64,000 nucleotides of DNA, taken from NCBI RefSeq assembly GCF_020745735.1, contig NC_083449.1, positions 6,856,923-6,920,922 on the forward strand, in the 5' to 3' direction. The DNA is from Hemiscyllium ocellatum. Lineage: Eukaryota. The notes beneath the pieces are model-generated. The model searched no databases. It saw only the letters and a program-made list of their open reading frames with translations, and was not told the DNA's origin. Below are positions 63,864 through 64,000 of the stretch, in pieces (the stretch's first letter is position 1; every line of letters begins with the position of its first letter). The position numbers and the translations under genes were made by a program.

Positions 63864-64000
63864 TGTACACTTTCATACTCTCTCTCAAACGTACTCACAC
63901 ACGCACACCTTCGTACACTGTGAGCAACATCAGTTTGAAACCTACACCGAGTGCAGACTGGAGAACGATCGCCGGAGTTACCTGCTGGAGGTCTCCCTCA

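Overview
Vertebrate, very likely shark (elasmobranch) genomic DNA, judged from HE1-type SINEs, abundant CR1 LINEs and shark-type histone N-termini. The window is a replication-dependent histone locus. It holds intact H4 (+), H2A (-) and H2B (-) genes at 1.6-6.4 kb and a disabled H2A/H2B pair at 40-42 kb, with no H3 or H1. The region is built from three decayed paralogous units of about 16-20 kb. Each unit ends in a near-identical ~370-bp GC-rich cassette (18.0, 33.8, 51.0/54.4 kb). The cassette reads best as an NRF1-type promoter plus first exon of a spliced, non-coding minus-strand transcript, head-to-head with H4 upstream sequence, and it also keeps an intact 103-codon plus-strand ORF in all three copies. 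The rest is a same-orientation degenerate ~48-bp minisatellite and transposons: CR1, Rex1, Gmr1-like LTR remnants, solo LTRs, SINEs and many Penelope-like elements. The Penelope-like tails carry minimal hammerhead-ribozyme motifs, and several insertions are tail-out inverted pairs flanked by target-site duplications. The largest (3 kb) sits inside exon 1 of the third cassette and would give a ~1.2-kb RNA hairpin. Transposon boundaries and identity values are by-eye estimates.
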